From positions 1 through 40,228 of the IMG/VR virus record IMGVR_UViG_3300005399_000079: a stretch of DNA of 40,228 nt. One strand, 5' to 3'. The notes below the pieces were generated by a model. That model was not told where the DNA came from. It searched no databases and was given only the letters and a program-made list of their open reading frames with translations. Each line of letters starts with the position of its first letter. The stretch's first letter is position 1. This document shows positions 9,371 to 17,770 of this stretch, one piece after another. Source of the stretch: a virus (taxonomy: Duplodnaviria > Caudoviricetes). Position numbers and translations under genes: made by a program.

Positions 9371-9868
9371 TCAGACCTCGCGCATGACAAGCTGCCAGCT
9401 GAATTGCCGGTCGCCGATGTCTTCAGCAGGCGGATCAACCAGCACGGTGAAGCGCGGGAACCACACCAGGCGGTATACCGCTGCGCCGGCCACTGGCGTG
9501 ATCGTGGCGTTCAGATCACTCATGACGACCTCAGCCTTGACCCACTGCTCGCCCACCAGCGCCTCGGCAGTGACTGGCTCGTCAGGCCGCACAGCTGCCG
9601 TCAGCGTGGCTGTGGTGCTCACGGTTGCCAGCGTCAGGGGCTTGGGGCTCCAGAAGTCCAGCTCACCACGCAGGTTGACGCCATCGAGCCCGCTGCTGAT
9701 CCAGCCGGTACCGGTGACGGTGATCACGCGCTTGCTGAAGTGCGTCATGCGTACCGGCCGGCCACCAGACAGGATCACGTCCGTAGAGCCACCAGCATCG
9801 CCATAGCTCACCAGCGGCTCGCCGCTGTAGATCGATACCGGCACGCCGCCCAAAATCATCTGTGTCAT
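9371..9868 (-). CDS. Distal tail (Dit-like) protein
   Basis: First gene after tape measure; 165 aa, beta-rich. Confidence 0.6.
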   Translation of the reverse strand: MTQMILGGVPVSIYSGEPLVSYGDAGGSTDVILSGGRPVRMTHFSKRVITVTGTGWISSGLDGVNLRGELDFWSPKPLTLATVSTTATLTAAVRPDEPVTAEALVGEQWVKAEVVMSDLNATITPVAGAAVYRLVWFPRFTVLVDPPAEDIGDRQFSWQLVMREV

Positions 9869-9871
9869 GGT

Positions 9872-11881
9872 TTACCTGCGTTTGAGTCGGGCGGTACGCG
9901 CAAAGCGCGCCAGATCTTCGATGGTGCTGGAGTCGCCCTGCAGACCAAAGGTTCGATCGCCGAGGGTGAGGTAGAGCGGCGTGCCTCCGGTTGATGCAGG
10001 CGCAGCCCCAACCATGCCGCCGTCCGCGTAGCGCGGCAGGTTCATGCCGTTGATGCTGTCCAGAAATGACTGACCGTACTTGCGCACAGCTGCGGCGCGG
10101 ATGACATACTCGCCATTCGAGCCCCACATCAGCACGCTATCGCTTGTGCCGGTGCCTGGCCCACGGATTGGCCCGCCATTGGCGTGAGCAGGCAGCGAGT
10201 CACCGCTTGCGACGCCGGGCGCCAGCACGGTCGGCTGAATTACGAGCTCCTTGCCAAGTCTGGCATTCAGCGCCTGCATCTGCGCAATCAGCTCTTGCTT
10301 GGCAGACTCAGGCATGGCGATCTCAAGATCGAACTTGGTCAGCTCCGTGATCTGGGTGTTGAGTGATTCTACCTGCGCTTTGATATCCGCCAGCTTCTGC
10401 TCGGCGCGGGACTGCTCAATGTCGTTCGCGGCCAGCTCGATCTGCTGCAGCTCTTTCGCAAACCCTTCAAAGCCATAGGTGTTCTCACCAGCCTGCGCAA
10501 GATCCTCCAGCATCTTGAGCGCGGCCTGTGCGGCCCTCTGGGCGCCCTCAACATCGCCAGCTTGCAGCGCCCGCCGTGCCGCGATCTTCAAATCTTGCGC
10601 GTTGCCGTAGGACGCGCCGGGCTTACCATTAAAGCCGCTGATGGCATCCGCATAGCGCTGCTCAATGGCAATGCGCTTCTCGCGGATATCCTCGATATCC
10701 TTCTGGGCCGACTTCTCTTGGTTGACCAGTTCCCGCAAGGCCGTCTTGGCGTCTGCAGTCAGCTGCTTGTATGACTCGGCCAGCAACTCGTTGGAACGCG
10801 AAACGTCGTTTGCAGTGTCCTCGCTCAGCGCCTTCAGCTCTTGGGCCGACCGGTTTGCAGCCTCGCCCTCGCGCTGGTAGCTGCCGTCCCACAGCTTGCG
10901 GATACGCTCTTCTGCTTTAGCGGCAGCCTCTTCGTTGTCGGCTGTTACCTCGCGCATGATCTGCGCCGCAGCGCTGAAATTGCCCTTTGCAACCTGCACA
11001 GCGGCAGCGCCGGTTGCGCCAATCAGCCGCCCGAGATTGCCGAAGGTCGACGACACTCCAATGGCTGCCGTCGCCAGCGTCTTCATGGCGAACGAGAGGA
11101 TATTGGAAACCGTGGCGGCGGCGCCGCTGTCTCGCGCATAGTCCAGCAACAGACCTGTCATTTCGTTCATGGCGGGCAGCATTTCTGCCGTCAGGCGCTT
11201 GCCGACCGATTCGCCCACCAGCCCGAGCGTGTCCATGTTCTGCGCGAACTGCTTGGCATCGGCTGCAGCCTGGCCGCCGACGATAAAGCCGAACTCCTCA
11301 GCCCTTTTTGCCAGCCGCTGAAACTCCTCGCCATTGTTGCGCAGCAGCGGCAGCAGCAGCGTCGCATCGTTGGCGATGGCCTCCATGTAGAAGGTCATTT
11401 CAGACTGCGACAGGTTCGCCTTCTCCAGGCTGCTGACGTAAAGCTGCAACGCATCGGGGCCAGACAGCCCTCTGAACTGGTCAGCCGTCACGCCAACCAG
11501 CGGGGCGATCTGCTCGAAAAAGTCCTTCATCGGCCCGCCGCCGGACTGCAGGAAGTCGCCAACCTTGTCCTGCACATCCTTGAACACGTCGCCGATCTTG
11601 TCCGACTCCATACCAAGCGTGCGCGCCGCAAACTGCCATCGCTGGAATACCTCGACGGTGGTGCCCGACACCTGCGCCATGCGCTCCATCTGCACAACGG
11701 CCTCGGCCGAGCGCCGGGCCAGCTCGGCAGCACCGGCACCAACAGCAAAGGCTGCTGTCAGGAATGCGCCTGCCGCCTTGGCGTTCTTGCTCAGCCGGGT
11801 GAGCTGGGAATCGGCCTCCCGAAACGCTCGGCCGGCCTTGTTTTCGCCCTCGATGACCAGCTGTGTTTTAACCTTGCTCAT
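9872..11881 (-). CDS. Tail tape measure protein (669 aa)
   Basis: Ala-rich helical protein; C-terminal GGPIRGPGTGTSDS..SNGEYV..YADGG motif typical of lambdoid TMPs. Confidence 0.93.
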   Translation of the reverse strand: MSKVKTQLVIEGENKAGRAFREADSQLTRLSKNAKAAGAFLTAAFAVGAGAAELARRSAEAVVQMERMAQVSGTTVEVFQRWQFAARTLGMESDKIGDVFKDVQDKVGDFLQSGGGPMKDFFEQIAPLVGVTADQFRGLSGPDALQLYVSSLEKANLSQSEMTFYMEAIANDATLLLPLLRNNGEEFQRLAKRAEEFGFIVGGQAAADAKQFAQNMDTLGLVGESVGKRLTAEMLPAMNEMTGLLLDYARDSGAAATVSNILSFAMKTLATAAIGVSSTFGNLGRLIGATGAAAVQVAKGNFSAAAQIMREVTADNEEAAAKAEERIRKLWDGSYQREGEAANRSAQELKALSEDTANDVSRSNELLAESYKQLTADAKTALRELVNQEKSAQKDIEDIREKRIAIEQRYADAISGFNGKPGASYGNAQDLKIAARRALQAGDVEGAQRAAQAALKMLEDLAQAGENTYGFEGFAKELQQIELAANDIEQSRAEQKLADIKAQVESLNTQITELTKFDLEIAMPESAKQELIAQMQALNARLGKELVIQPTVLAPGVASGDSLPAHANGGPIRGPGTGTSDSVLMWGSNGEYVIRAAAVRKYGQSFLDSINGMNLPRYADGGMVGAAPASTGGTPLYLTLGDRTFGLQGDSSTIEDLARFARTARLKRR

Positions 11882-12119
11882 CGACGGACCTCATAAACTT
11901 CTGCCAGTTGTTCTGATCTTGCTGCGCGGCGCGGCTGGCGATTGCCATGTCGCGCAGGCGCGCTCTGTCCTGCAAAGCTGATTCCTCGGCGAACAGCTGG
12001 ATCTGCGCCAAGGTGTAACCCTGCACGTCCTCCCAGCGGTGGCCTGCGCTGATCAGTCGCTGGACTGCTGCGCCCCAGCCAGCACGCTTGCTGCGCTTAC
12101 CAGGGCTTGCTCGAAAAAA
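11868..12119 (-). CDS. gpGT-like -1 frameshift extension of tail assembly chaperone
   Basis: -1 frame open from slippery T TTT TTC (12113-12119) to TAA at 11868; encodes ..GWGAAVQRLISAGHRWEDVQGYTLAQIQLF.. Confidence 0.75.
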   Translation of the reverse strand, partial: FFRASPGKRSKRAGWGAAVQRLISAGHRWEDVQGYTLAQIQLFAEESALQDRARLRDMAIASRAAQQDQNNWQKFMRSVDEQG

Positions 12120-12415
12120 TCCTTGTTGACCCGGATAACCTCATACATCAACTGCACCGCTGCCGCGGCCGGAAGGCGGCGAATACGCCAGCGACTCAGC
12201 GTGGTGGTGGATCGCAACACATCCAGCAGCACGCCGCTTTCCCGCGCCTGCGCATACAGCTGCACTGTGGTTTCGGCCGCAGCGATGGCAATGGCCTTGG
12301 CGGCCGCTTGGCCGAAGCGCTCGAAGTCGCGGAAGCGCACAGGGGTAACAACGACCTTGCGACCAGCGACCAGCACAGTGACTGGCTTGGGAAATAGAAT
12401 CTCGTGTTGCGACAT
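12053..12415 (-). CDS. Tail assembly chaperone (gpG-like)
   Basis: Between tail tube and TMP; VNKDFF motif carries the slippery site. Confidence 0.8.
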   Translation of the reverse strand: MSQHEILFPKPVTVLVAGRKVVVTPVRFRDFERFGQAAAKAIAIAAAETTVQLYAQARESGVLLDVLRSTTTLSRWRIRRLPAAAAVQLMYEVIRVNKDFFEQALVSAASVLAGAQQSSD

Positions 12416-12430
12416 GCCAATCTCCAGGCA

Positions 12431-12456
12431 ATAAAAAACCCGCCGAAGCGGGTTTG
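12431..12456 (-). terminator. Intrinsic terminator closing the moron
   Basis: AAACCCGC-TTCG-GCGGGTTT plus T-run on minus strand. Confidence 0.85.
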
Positions 12457-12472
12457 GTGGTGTTGCGGTTGA

Positions 12473-13222
12473 TTATCTGGAGGCGCGCATGCACTCCAGG
12501 TAATACTTGTCTCTGAACTCTGCCCGCGCCCTGTCCTGAACCTCCGCCGTGCTGTAGCGCGGCTTGCTATAGGCATCCATGACGATATCCGATAGGAGTT
12601 GTGTGTCCGTCAGCTCCAGAACAGACGATAGCGGCATGCCGCGGTGATGACTCTCAATAGCGGTTTCGGCAAAGCTGGCGATGGACTTGCAGGTTTCCAT
12701 CACCTCTTCGCGGCTGCGGCTTTCAGCAGCGGGTGGAGCCTCATATTCCGAAACATCCTGATCAGCTCCAGGAACAGAAACCTGGTCTGATACCAAGGCA
12801 GCTGATCGCGCAGCACGCTCCGTGTAATCGGAGTAGCCGCTGATAGCGCCGCCCACCACAGAGGTGATCGCAACCACAATCAACCCCGCCAGAATCAGCG
12901 CAGGCAGCGCCGCCAAGATGATCTTTGTCATCAGCCAGATCAGGCTGAGGAACGGGATCTGCACGCCGGTGACCACGACACAATCGGGGGCAGAAGCGTT
13001 TAGCTTGGCCTGCCGCTCGCGCTTTTCCCTTTGCTGCCGGGTCTCAGCAATACCCGCCTTTGCTCCGGCAATCCCGGCTGCCACCTTGCCGACTGCTGGT
13101 TGCGTCTCCGCTTCCTGCCTGGCCTGAACCTTGGCATACACCACGCCACACTTCGGACAGATATCCGGGCTGGCGGTGTGCTCCGCCATCGTCGGCTCGT
13201 ACTTACACTTTGGACATTCCAT
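12473..13222 (-). CDS. Moron-like membrane protein (Zn-ribbon N-terminus, TM segment, C-terminal domain)
   Basis: CPKC..CPKC, long hydrophobic stretch, candidate own -10 element and own terminator, inserted between tail tube and chaperone genes. Confidence 0.8.
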   Translation of the reverse strand: MECPKCKYEPTMAEHTASPDICPKCGVVYAKVQARQEAETQPAVGKVAAGIAGAKAGIAETRQQREKRERQAKLNASAPDCVVVTGVQIPFLSLIWLMTKIILAALPALILAGLIVVAITSVVGGAISGYSDYTERAARSAALVSDQVSVPGADQDVSEYEAPPAAESRSREEVMETCKSIASFAETAIESHHRGMPLSSVLELTDTQLLSDIVMDAYSKPRYSTAEVQDRARAEFRDKYYLECMRASR

Positions 13223-13226
13223 GACC

Positions 13227-13261
13227 TTCCTCCCCGATTGAGTACAGGGAGGAATCTAGCA
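13227..13261 (-). promoter_or_regulatory. Extended -10 promoter plus RBS-sequestering inverted repeat for the moron
   Basis: TG-C-TAGATT (13261-13253); TTCCTCCC/GGGAGGAA arms at 13227-13234 and 13247-13254. Confidence 0.6.
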
Positions 13262-13266
13262 CATGG

Positions 13267-13785
13267 TCAGGCGATGGTATCCATCTCGACCTTGAAGAAC
13301 TGCGACAGACCTTCGGTGGTGATGGACGTATCCAGCAGCACCTCGCCGGTGATTTCCATCGCGGCGAACTCGTCGCCGATCAGGTTCAGGCCTTGGGCCG
13401 CGCCCACCTTCAGGCGATGCACAGTGACGGTCACGGTCTTGCCGGTGGCTGCTTCGTTGACGCCGGAGAACACCATCTGGAACTCTTTGGCGCCGGTGGT
13501 CAGCGCCTCGATGGTGGCGACCTCGGAAACCACGGTTGATGTGCCGAACAGCACCATTGCCAGGTTCTCGGGCGACAGGTCGTTCAGGGTCATGGTGACC
13601 TCGACAGACTCGATGCGTGTGACCGAGGAGTAGTTGCCGCCACCGGCGGTGCGGTAGTTCGGAAGGTTGATCTTGTTCTCGTTGATGTTGAAGGCGAGCG
13701 AGGTGACGTTGCCGATATCACGCGCAGCGCCTGCGCCTTCCTTCACGGTCACGATACCCTTGCCCATGTATGCGTAGTTTGCCAT
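13267..13785 (-). CDS. Major tail tube protein
   Basis: YMGKG..RDIGNVTSL N-terminal motif, LNLIGDEF motif, strongly biased codons, position. Confidence 0.85.
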   Translation of the reverse strand: MANYAYMGKGIVTVKEGAGAARDIGNVTSLAFNINENKINLPNYRTAGGGNYSSVTRIESVEVTMTLNDLSPENLAMVLFGTSTVVSEVATIEALTTGAKEFQMVFSGVNEAATGKTVTVTVHRLKVGAAQGLNLIGDEFAAMEITGEVLLDTSITTEGLSQFFKVEMDTIA

Positions 13786-13804
13786 TGCGGGGTTTCCTCT
13801 GGTC

Positions 13805-13829
13805 GAAAAAAAACCCGCCGGGGCGGGTT
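13805..13829 (-). terminator. Intrinsic terminator upstream of tail tube gene
   Basis: AACCCGC-CCCG-GCGGGTT plus T-run on minus strand. Confidence 0.75.
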
Positions 13830-13847
13830 GTGTGCGGTTGCTATTGC

Positions 13848-14279
13848 TCAGTAACGCTCGACGTACTGAATGCTGATTGAGGCAGTCACGCTGCGGTGCT
13901 GGCTGCCGGATGTGCCCATATCAAAGCCCGCCGACTCATCACCAACCCATCCTTGCTTTAACGGCCTCTCCTGCTGATGGCCTCCGTAGCCCAGCGCTTT
14001 GAGAATGTCATAATGGCAATTCTGGAGGTCGGCCAGCGTAGCTGAACGACTGAATACTGCCTCAACCTGGTAGTTGGCGACGCGGTGCACCACGTTGCCG
14101 GAGTGCTTTACCGCCTCGTCTTCCTCAATCCTGATGATCAAATAAGGGGTTGCGGCCTTGTCAGGAACATTCTTGGCGACCCCATACACTCCGTTCAGGC
14201 GGGTCGCGTAACCATCGTCCTGACTGATTTCGGCAAGGCATTGCTCAAACTGCGCTGTAAGCTCTGCTGCTTTGCTCAT
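13848..14279 (-). CDS. Tail terminator / completion protein
   Basis: Synteny just before tail tube; 143 aa; I...DGY.T motif. Confidence 0.7.
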   Translation of the reverse strand: MSKAAELTAQFEQCLAEISQDDGYATRLNGVYGVAKNVPDKAATPYLIIRIEEDEAVKHSGNVVHRVANYQVEAVFSRSATLADLQNCHYDILKALGYGGHQQERPLKQGWVGDESAGFDMGTSGSQHRSVTASISIQYVERY

Positions 14280-14842
14280 CGGATGCCCTTTGCTATTTCT
14301 GCCCGCAGGCGGCGTTCAAACTCGCGCTGCAGGAATGCCCCTGTACGCCGACGCAATTGAGCGTTCGACAGCTGCTTAAACCAGTAGGCGACACTCGGCC
14401 CAATCGCTTCCTGCAGGCGCCGCGCGTAAACGTACTTGCCGCGCCTACTTTGGGTGTAAAGCGGCTTCTTGCCAGCGCTCGACGGGTTCACAAAACCTGC
14501 TGCCAGCTTCTTGCCGTTGGGGCCGGTGACATAAACACGCGCCCTGGTGGCACTGATCGCTTCATAGCTCCAGCCGCGATAGGCGCTCACTCTGACGCCA
14601 GAGGATGACGGGATGATCCGCGCTTCCATCCTCCGCGAGCGGGCTCGCTTGATCTTGAGCTTTGCATTCAAAAATGCGCGCGTCCGGAATGCTCTAAGAA
14701 GCGGGGTTACGTACTCCTCTCGCCGCGTCGAGGTCGCCGTGGTGTTCAGCGCCCCGCGCAGAACCGGGTCTACCTTGCGGTTCACTGTGGCCAGCTGAGC
14801 ACGAGCAAAGGAGGTGCCCTGCAGCCTCACGCCGACTTTCAC
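14276..14842 (-). CDS. Neck/tail completion protein (lambda gpZ / HK97 gp10-like)
   Basis: Very basic, RGALNTTA motif, GTGA overlap with upstream stop. Confidence 0.65.
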   Translation of the reverse strand: MKVGVRLQGTSFARAQLATVNRKVDPVLRGALNTTATSTRREEYVTPLLRAFRTRAFLNAKLKIKRARSRRMEARIIPSSSGVRVSAYRGWSYEAISATRARVYVTGPNGKKLAAGFVNPSSAGKKPLYTQSRRGKYVYARRLQEAIGPSVAYWFKQLSNAQLRRRTGAFLQREFERRLRAEIAKGIR

Positions 14843-15390
14843 GACTCGCGCTCCAGCCAAAGGCCACGCACTACGCCGTCATCAGTATCTCTGGCGTATC
14901 CAGTGACGATATAAAGGTGCCCGTTGATCTGCAGCCGGTCGCCTTCTTCCGGCCTGCCTACCTCGATCACTGCGACCTCAGCCCGGGTGCGATAATCAGT
15001 CACCACGCCTTCTTCATCCAGCCAAGGCGCTTGATGGACTAGGTGCACACGGCAAGGCACAGCACCGCCGCTCAGCGGCAACAATTGCGCAGGCTGGCCA
15101 ATCAGCTCATCTGCACTGATGCGCAGCTCGGCTCCGTTGCCCAGCGGGTCGCGCACGCTGGTGATGTGCAGCAGTCGTTGGCCTACGCGCAGGTAGCGGC
15201 CTGCCGTAATCTTTGAACTGAAGCGCGCGCGAATATCAATTTTCGCCGGGTTACGCAGCCCTGACGGCATGGCCACGTCTGCGGCTTCCTTGGCGATCAC
15301 GCCGACCCATGCACCACCAACAACAGTCGGCACCAGGTCAGGGCTGAGCTCGACGATTTCGGCCCGGTGGCGTAGCTCGCCAGCTCTCAT
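14839..15390 (-). CDS. Head-tail adaptor / head closure protein with extra C-terminal domain
   Basis: MRAGELRHR start typical of SPP1 gp16-like adaptors; 183 aa, longer than usual. Confidence 0.8.
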   Translation of the reverse strand: MRAGELRHRAEIVELSPDLVPTVVGGAWVGVIAKEAADVAMPSGLRNPAKIDIRARFSSKITAGRYLRVGQRLLHITSVRDPLGNGAELRISADELIGQPAQLLPLSGGAVPCRVHLVHQAPWLDEEGVVTDYRTRAEVAVIEVGRPEEGDRLQINGHLYIVTGYARDTDDGVVRGLWLERES

Positions 15391-15710
15391 ACATTCACCC
15401 AACGGTACGGCTGCCAGAGCGCCTTGGTGGCCAGCGGCAGCTCGGAAACCGTAGCTCCGATTAGCGATGACTCGCGATTGTTGAACCAGAGCCCGATCAG
15501 CAGCAGCGCGCCCTGCTCAATGCCCTTGGTGATGACTATGGCATTCTCTGCAGCGCCGTCCAGCTCTGCATCGGTGGCTACCAGCGTGCGATTTGTCCAC
15601 GCTTCAAACGCGCTGACGGCTGCGTCTGTGTAGCTCTGGATCAGATCGTCCTGATCAGTCTCGTCGAGTTCGACGCGCAGGTGCTTTTTTACCAGCTCCA
15701 GATCGATCAT
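15387..15710 (-). CDS. Head-tail connector (HK97 gp6-like)
   Basis: LELVKKHLRV..DDLI, LLLIGLWFNNRE, LWQPYR motifs. Confidence 0.9.
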   Translation of the reverse strand: MIDLELVKKHLRVELDETDQDDLIQSYTDAAVSAFEAWTNRTLVATDAELDGAAENAIVITKGIEQGALLLIGLWFNNRESSLIGATVSELPLATKALWQPYRWVNV

Positions 15711-15867
15711 CGGTGTCTACCCCGCCAACCAGGCTGGCTACTTTCAAGTGCTCCACCGCAACAACGGCGCAGCGTTCGGAAACTTCCTGCTCTCCCTGCT
15801 CGATAGCGACGACGCGGTTGCCGTCAACTGCGAACGGGAAAGGCTTGGTAACGAGAATCTTCGGCAT
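15655..15867 (-). CDS. Small hypothetical protein after capsid gene
   Basis: GGAGG RBS; common position; overlaps connector gene by 56 nt. Confidence 0.6.
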   Translation of the reverse strand: MPKILVTKPFPFAVDGNRVVAIEQGEQEVSERCAVVAVEHLKVASLVGGVDTDDRSGAGKKAPARRTRRD

Positions 15868-15880
15868 TGCTACCTCCAGA

Positions 15881-15901
15881 AGGGGCGCCCGAAGGCGCCC
15901 C
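15881..15901 (-). terminator. Hairpin after major capsid gene
   Basis: GGGGCGCC-TTCG-GGCGCCCC followed by TTCT on minus strand. Confidence 0.6.
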
Positions 15902-15907
15902 GCCTGA

Positions 15908-17110
15908 TTACGGAGCGGCCATGGTCAGCACTTTCACCGCCTGGCTATCGACGAGCATGCCGCCGACGCGCTTGGTGGTGTAGAAGCCGACGTTGGGCTT
16001 GTTGGTGAAGGGGTCGCGCAGCACGCGGGTGCCGATGCGGTCCACGATGGTGTAGGCACGCTTGAAGTCGCCAAAGATGATGCCATTGGCATCGGCAGCG
16101 GCGGCCGGCATGTCCTCGTTCTCGGTGATGCCGTAGCCCAGCAGCAGCGACGGCGCGCCCTGCTCCAGGCCCGGACGCCACAGGTAGTTACCCTCGGAGT
16201 CCTTCATGGTGCGCACGGTGAAGAGCGTGGTGGTCGGCATCATCCAGGTGGCGCCGGCGCGGTAGCCCTTCTTCAGTGCGTAGATCAGCGAGATCAGCTG
16301 ATCCGAGGTGAAGGTGCCCGCAGTGCCGGTTTCGATGCTCTGGATCTCGCCGAACGCGCGGGTGGCATCGCCATCAGTGCTGAGGGTATACGCCAGCAGG
16401 CCTTTCGGCTTGTTGGTGCCGTCACCCAGCAGGAACGCGGCGCCTTCCTTCTCGGCGAACTCGCGGGCGACCTCGGCGGTCAGCCAGGCCTCAGCGTCGA
16501 AGAACAGGTCATCGAGGCTGGTTTGGGTGGCCTGCGGGTTCGCGTAGATTTCACCCATGACTGCGGCGATCTGCGCCAGAGTCGGCGTGCCAGTAGCCGG
16601 GCGCGCATCAGTCTCACCAACCCAGCCAGAACCAGCGCCGCCCAGGTTCACCAGGCGTTTGTAGTCCGGCGTGGAAACGGTGATCTGGTTGCAGACCGAG
16701 CGCATGGGCGACTCGTCGCGCAGCAGCTCAAGGATGGAGCGATCCAGCTCCTCGGGCACCGCATAGCCGCCGTCAGCATCAACGGTGGTTTGCAGCGCCT
16801 TGGCCTGCAGCTCGCCCAGGCCTTCATCCTTGCCCTTACGCACAAACTGCAAGAATGCGGTCTTGTGCTCGGAGACAGCCTTGTCGTCGGTAGCACCGGG
16901 GCGCTTGATGGCGGCAATCTCTTTTTCCAGGTCGGACTTGAGGCCGTCCAGCTCGCTCAGCTTTTCGTTGAGGGATTCAACGGTGCCGGCCAGCTTGGTC
17001 TTCTCGGCTTCAATAGCTTCGATGCGCTTGTCGTTGCTCGACTTGAACTCGTCGAATTTGGCGCCGAGCGCTTCGGCAACCTGTTTTACATCTTGGATAT
17101 CTGCGGGCAT
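15908..17110 (-). CDS. Major capsid protein, HK97 fold, with N-terminal delta (scaffold) domain
   Basis: Coiled-coil N-terminus, DGGYAVP, GDGTNKPKG, FGDFKRAY, RVGG motifs. Confidence 0.97.
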   Translation of the reverse strand: MPADIQDVKQVAEALGAKFDEFKSSNDKRIEAIEAEKTKLAGTVESLNEKLSELDGLKSDLEKEIAAIKRPGATDDKAVSEHKTAFLQFVRKGKDEGLGELQAKALQTTVDADGGYAVPEELDRSILELLRDESPMRSVCNQITVSTPDYKRLVNLGGAGSGWVGETDARPATGTPTLAQIAAVMGEIYANPQATQTSLDDLFFDAEAWLTAEVAREFAEKEGAAFLLGDGTNKPKGLLAYTLSTDGDATRAFGEIQSIETGTAGTFTSDQLISLIYALKKGYRAGATWMMPTTTLFTVRTMKDSEGNYLWRPGLEQGAPSLLLGYGITENEDMPAAAADANGIIFGDFKRAYTIVDRIGTRVLRDPFTNKPNVGFYTTKRVGGMLVDSQAVKVLTMAAP

Positions 17111-17119
17111 GGTAGCCTC

Positions 17120-17770
17120 CTACAGGTGGTTCATTAGGGTTTTCAGGTAATCCAGGGCGTCACCTTCCGCATCGCGCTGGTTGATGGCGCCGTAGCCCTT
17201 GGCCATGAAGGCCTTGGACTGGGAGACAGAAAACCCAACCTCTCGAAGGGCTCGCTCCACCTTGCTGGGCGGCGGGACTTCGCCCCGCTCCAGCAGTGAC
17301 TTCACTTCCGAAATGCGCGCTTCGTCGTTTGCCGGGAAGGTCACCAGCGACACCTCCCACAAATCGATCTCTTTGAGCAGAAACGCGCCTTTGTCTTTGT
17401 CGTATTCCCAATCCTTGAGCATGTAACCGATGGACAGGCCAGACAGGCTGCCGGCTTTCATGTGGGCATGAGCGCGCTTGGCGAGCGGGTCGTCATCGAT
17501 CAGCAAGCGGCCGGAGATCTTGAGGCCGATATCGTCCTCGGCCATTTCGGTGTAGATGCCGATTGGCTCATCGAGCTTGTGCTGCCAGAGCATCGCCGGT
17601 AGCTGCTTCTTGTCGCGCCATGCAGAAAGCGACTTCTGGAAGGCGCCAGGCACCACGATGTCGGAGTAGGAGTCCTTGACGCCGAACACGGAGCCGTAGC
17701 CTTCAAACTCCCCGCTATCACTGACGCTCTTTACGGTCAGCGGAATGTCGAGACGCTGTTTAGTCGGCAT
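17120..17770 (-). CDS. HK97-family prohead protease
   Basis: FEGYGSVF, LWQH, GLSIGY, EVSLVTFPAN motifs. Confidence 0.97.
   Translation of the reverse strand: MPTKQRLDIPLTVKSVSDSGEFEGYGSVFGVKDSYSDIVVPGAFQKSLSAWRDKKQLPAMLWQHKLDEPIGIYTEMAEDDIGLKISGRLLIDDDPLAKRAHAHMKAGSLSGLSIGYMLKDWEYDKDKGAFLLKEIDLWEVSLVTFPANDEARISEVKSLLERGEVPPPSKVERALREVGFSVSQSKAFMAKGYGAINQRDAEGDALDYLKTLMNHL

Noticed and set aside
1110-11896. Long plus-strand ORFs (1110-2078, 3201-4889, 7191-9053, 10841-11896)
   Set aside because: Antisense shadows of high-GC structural genes; no motifs or RBS
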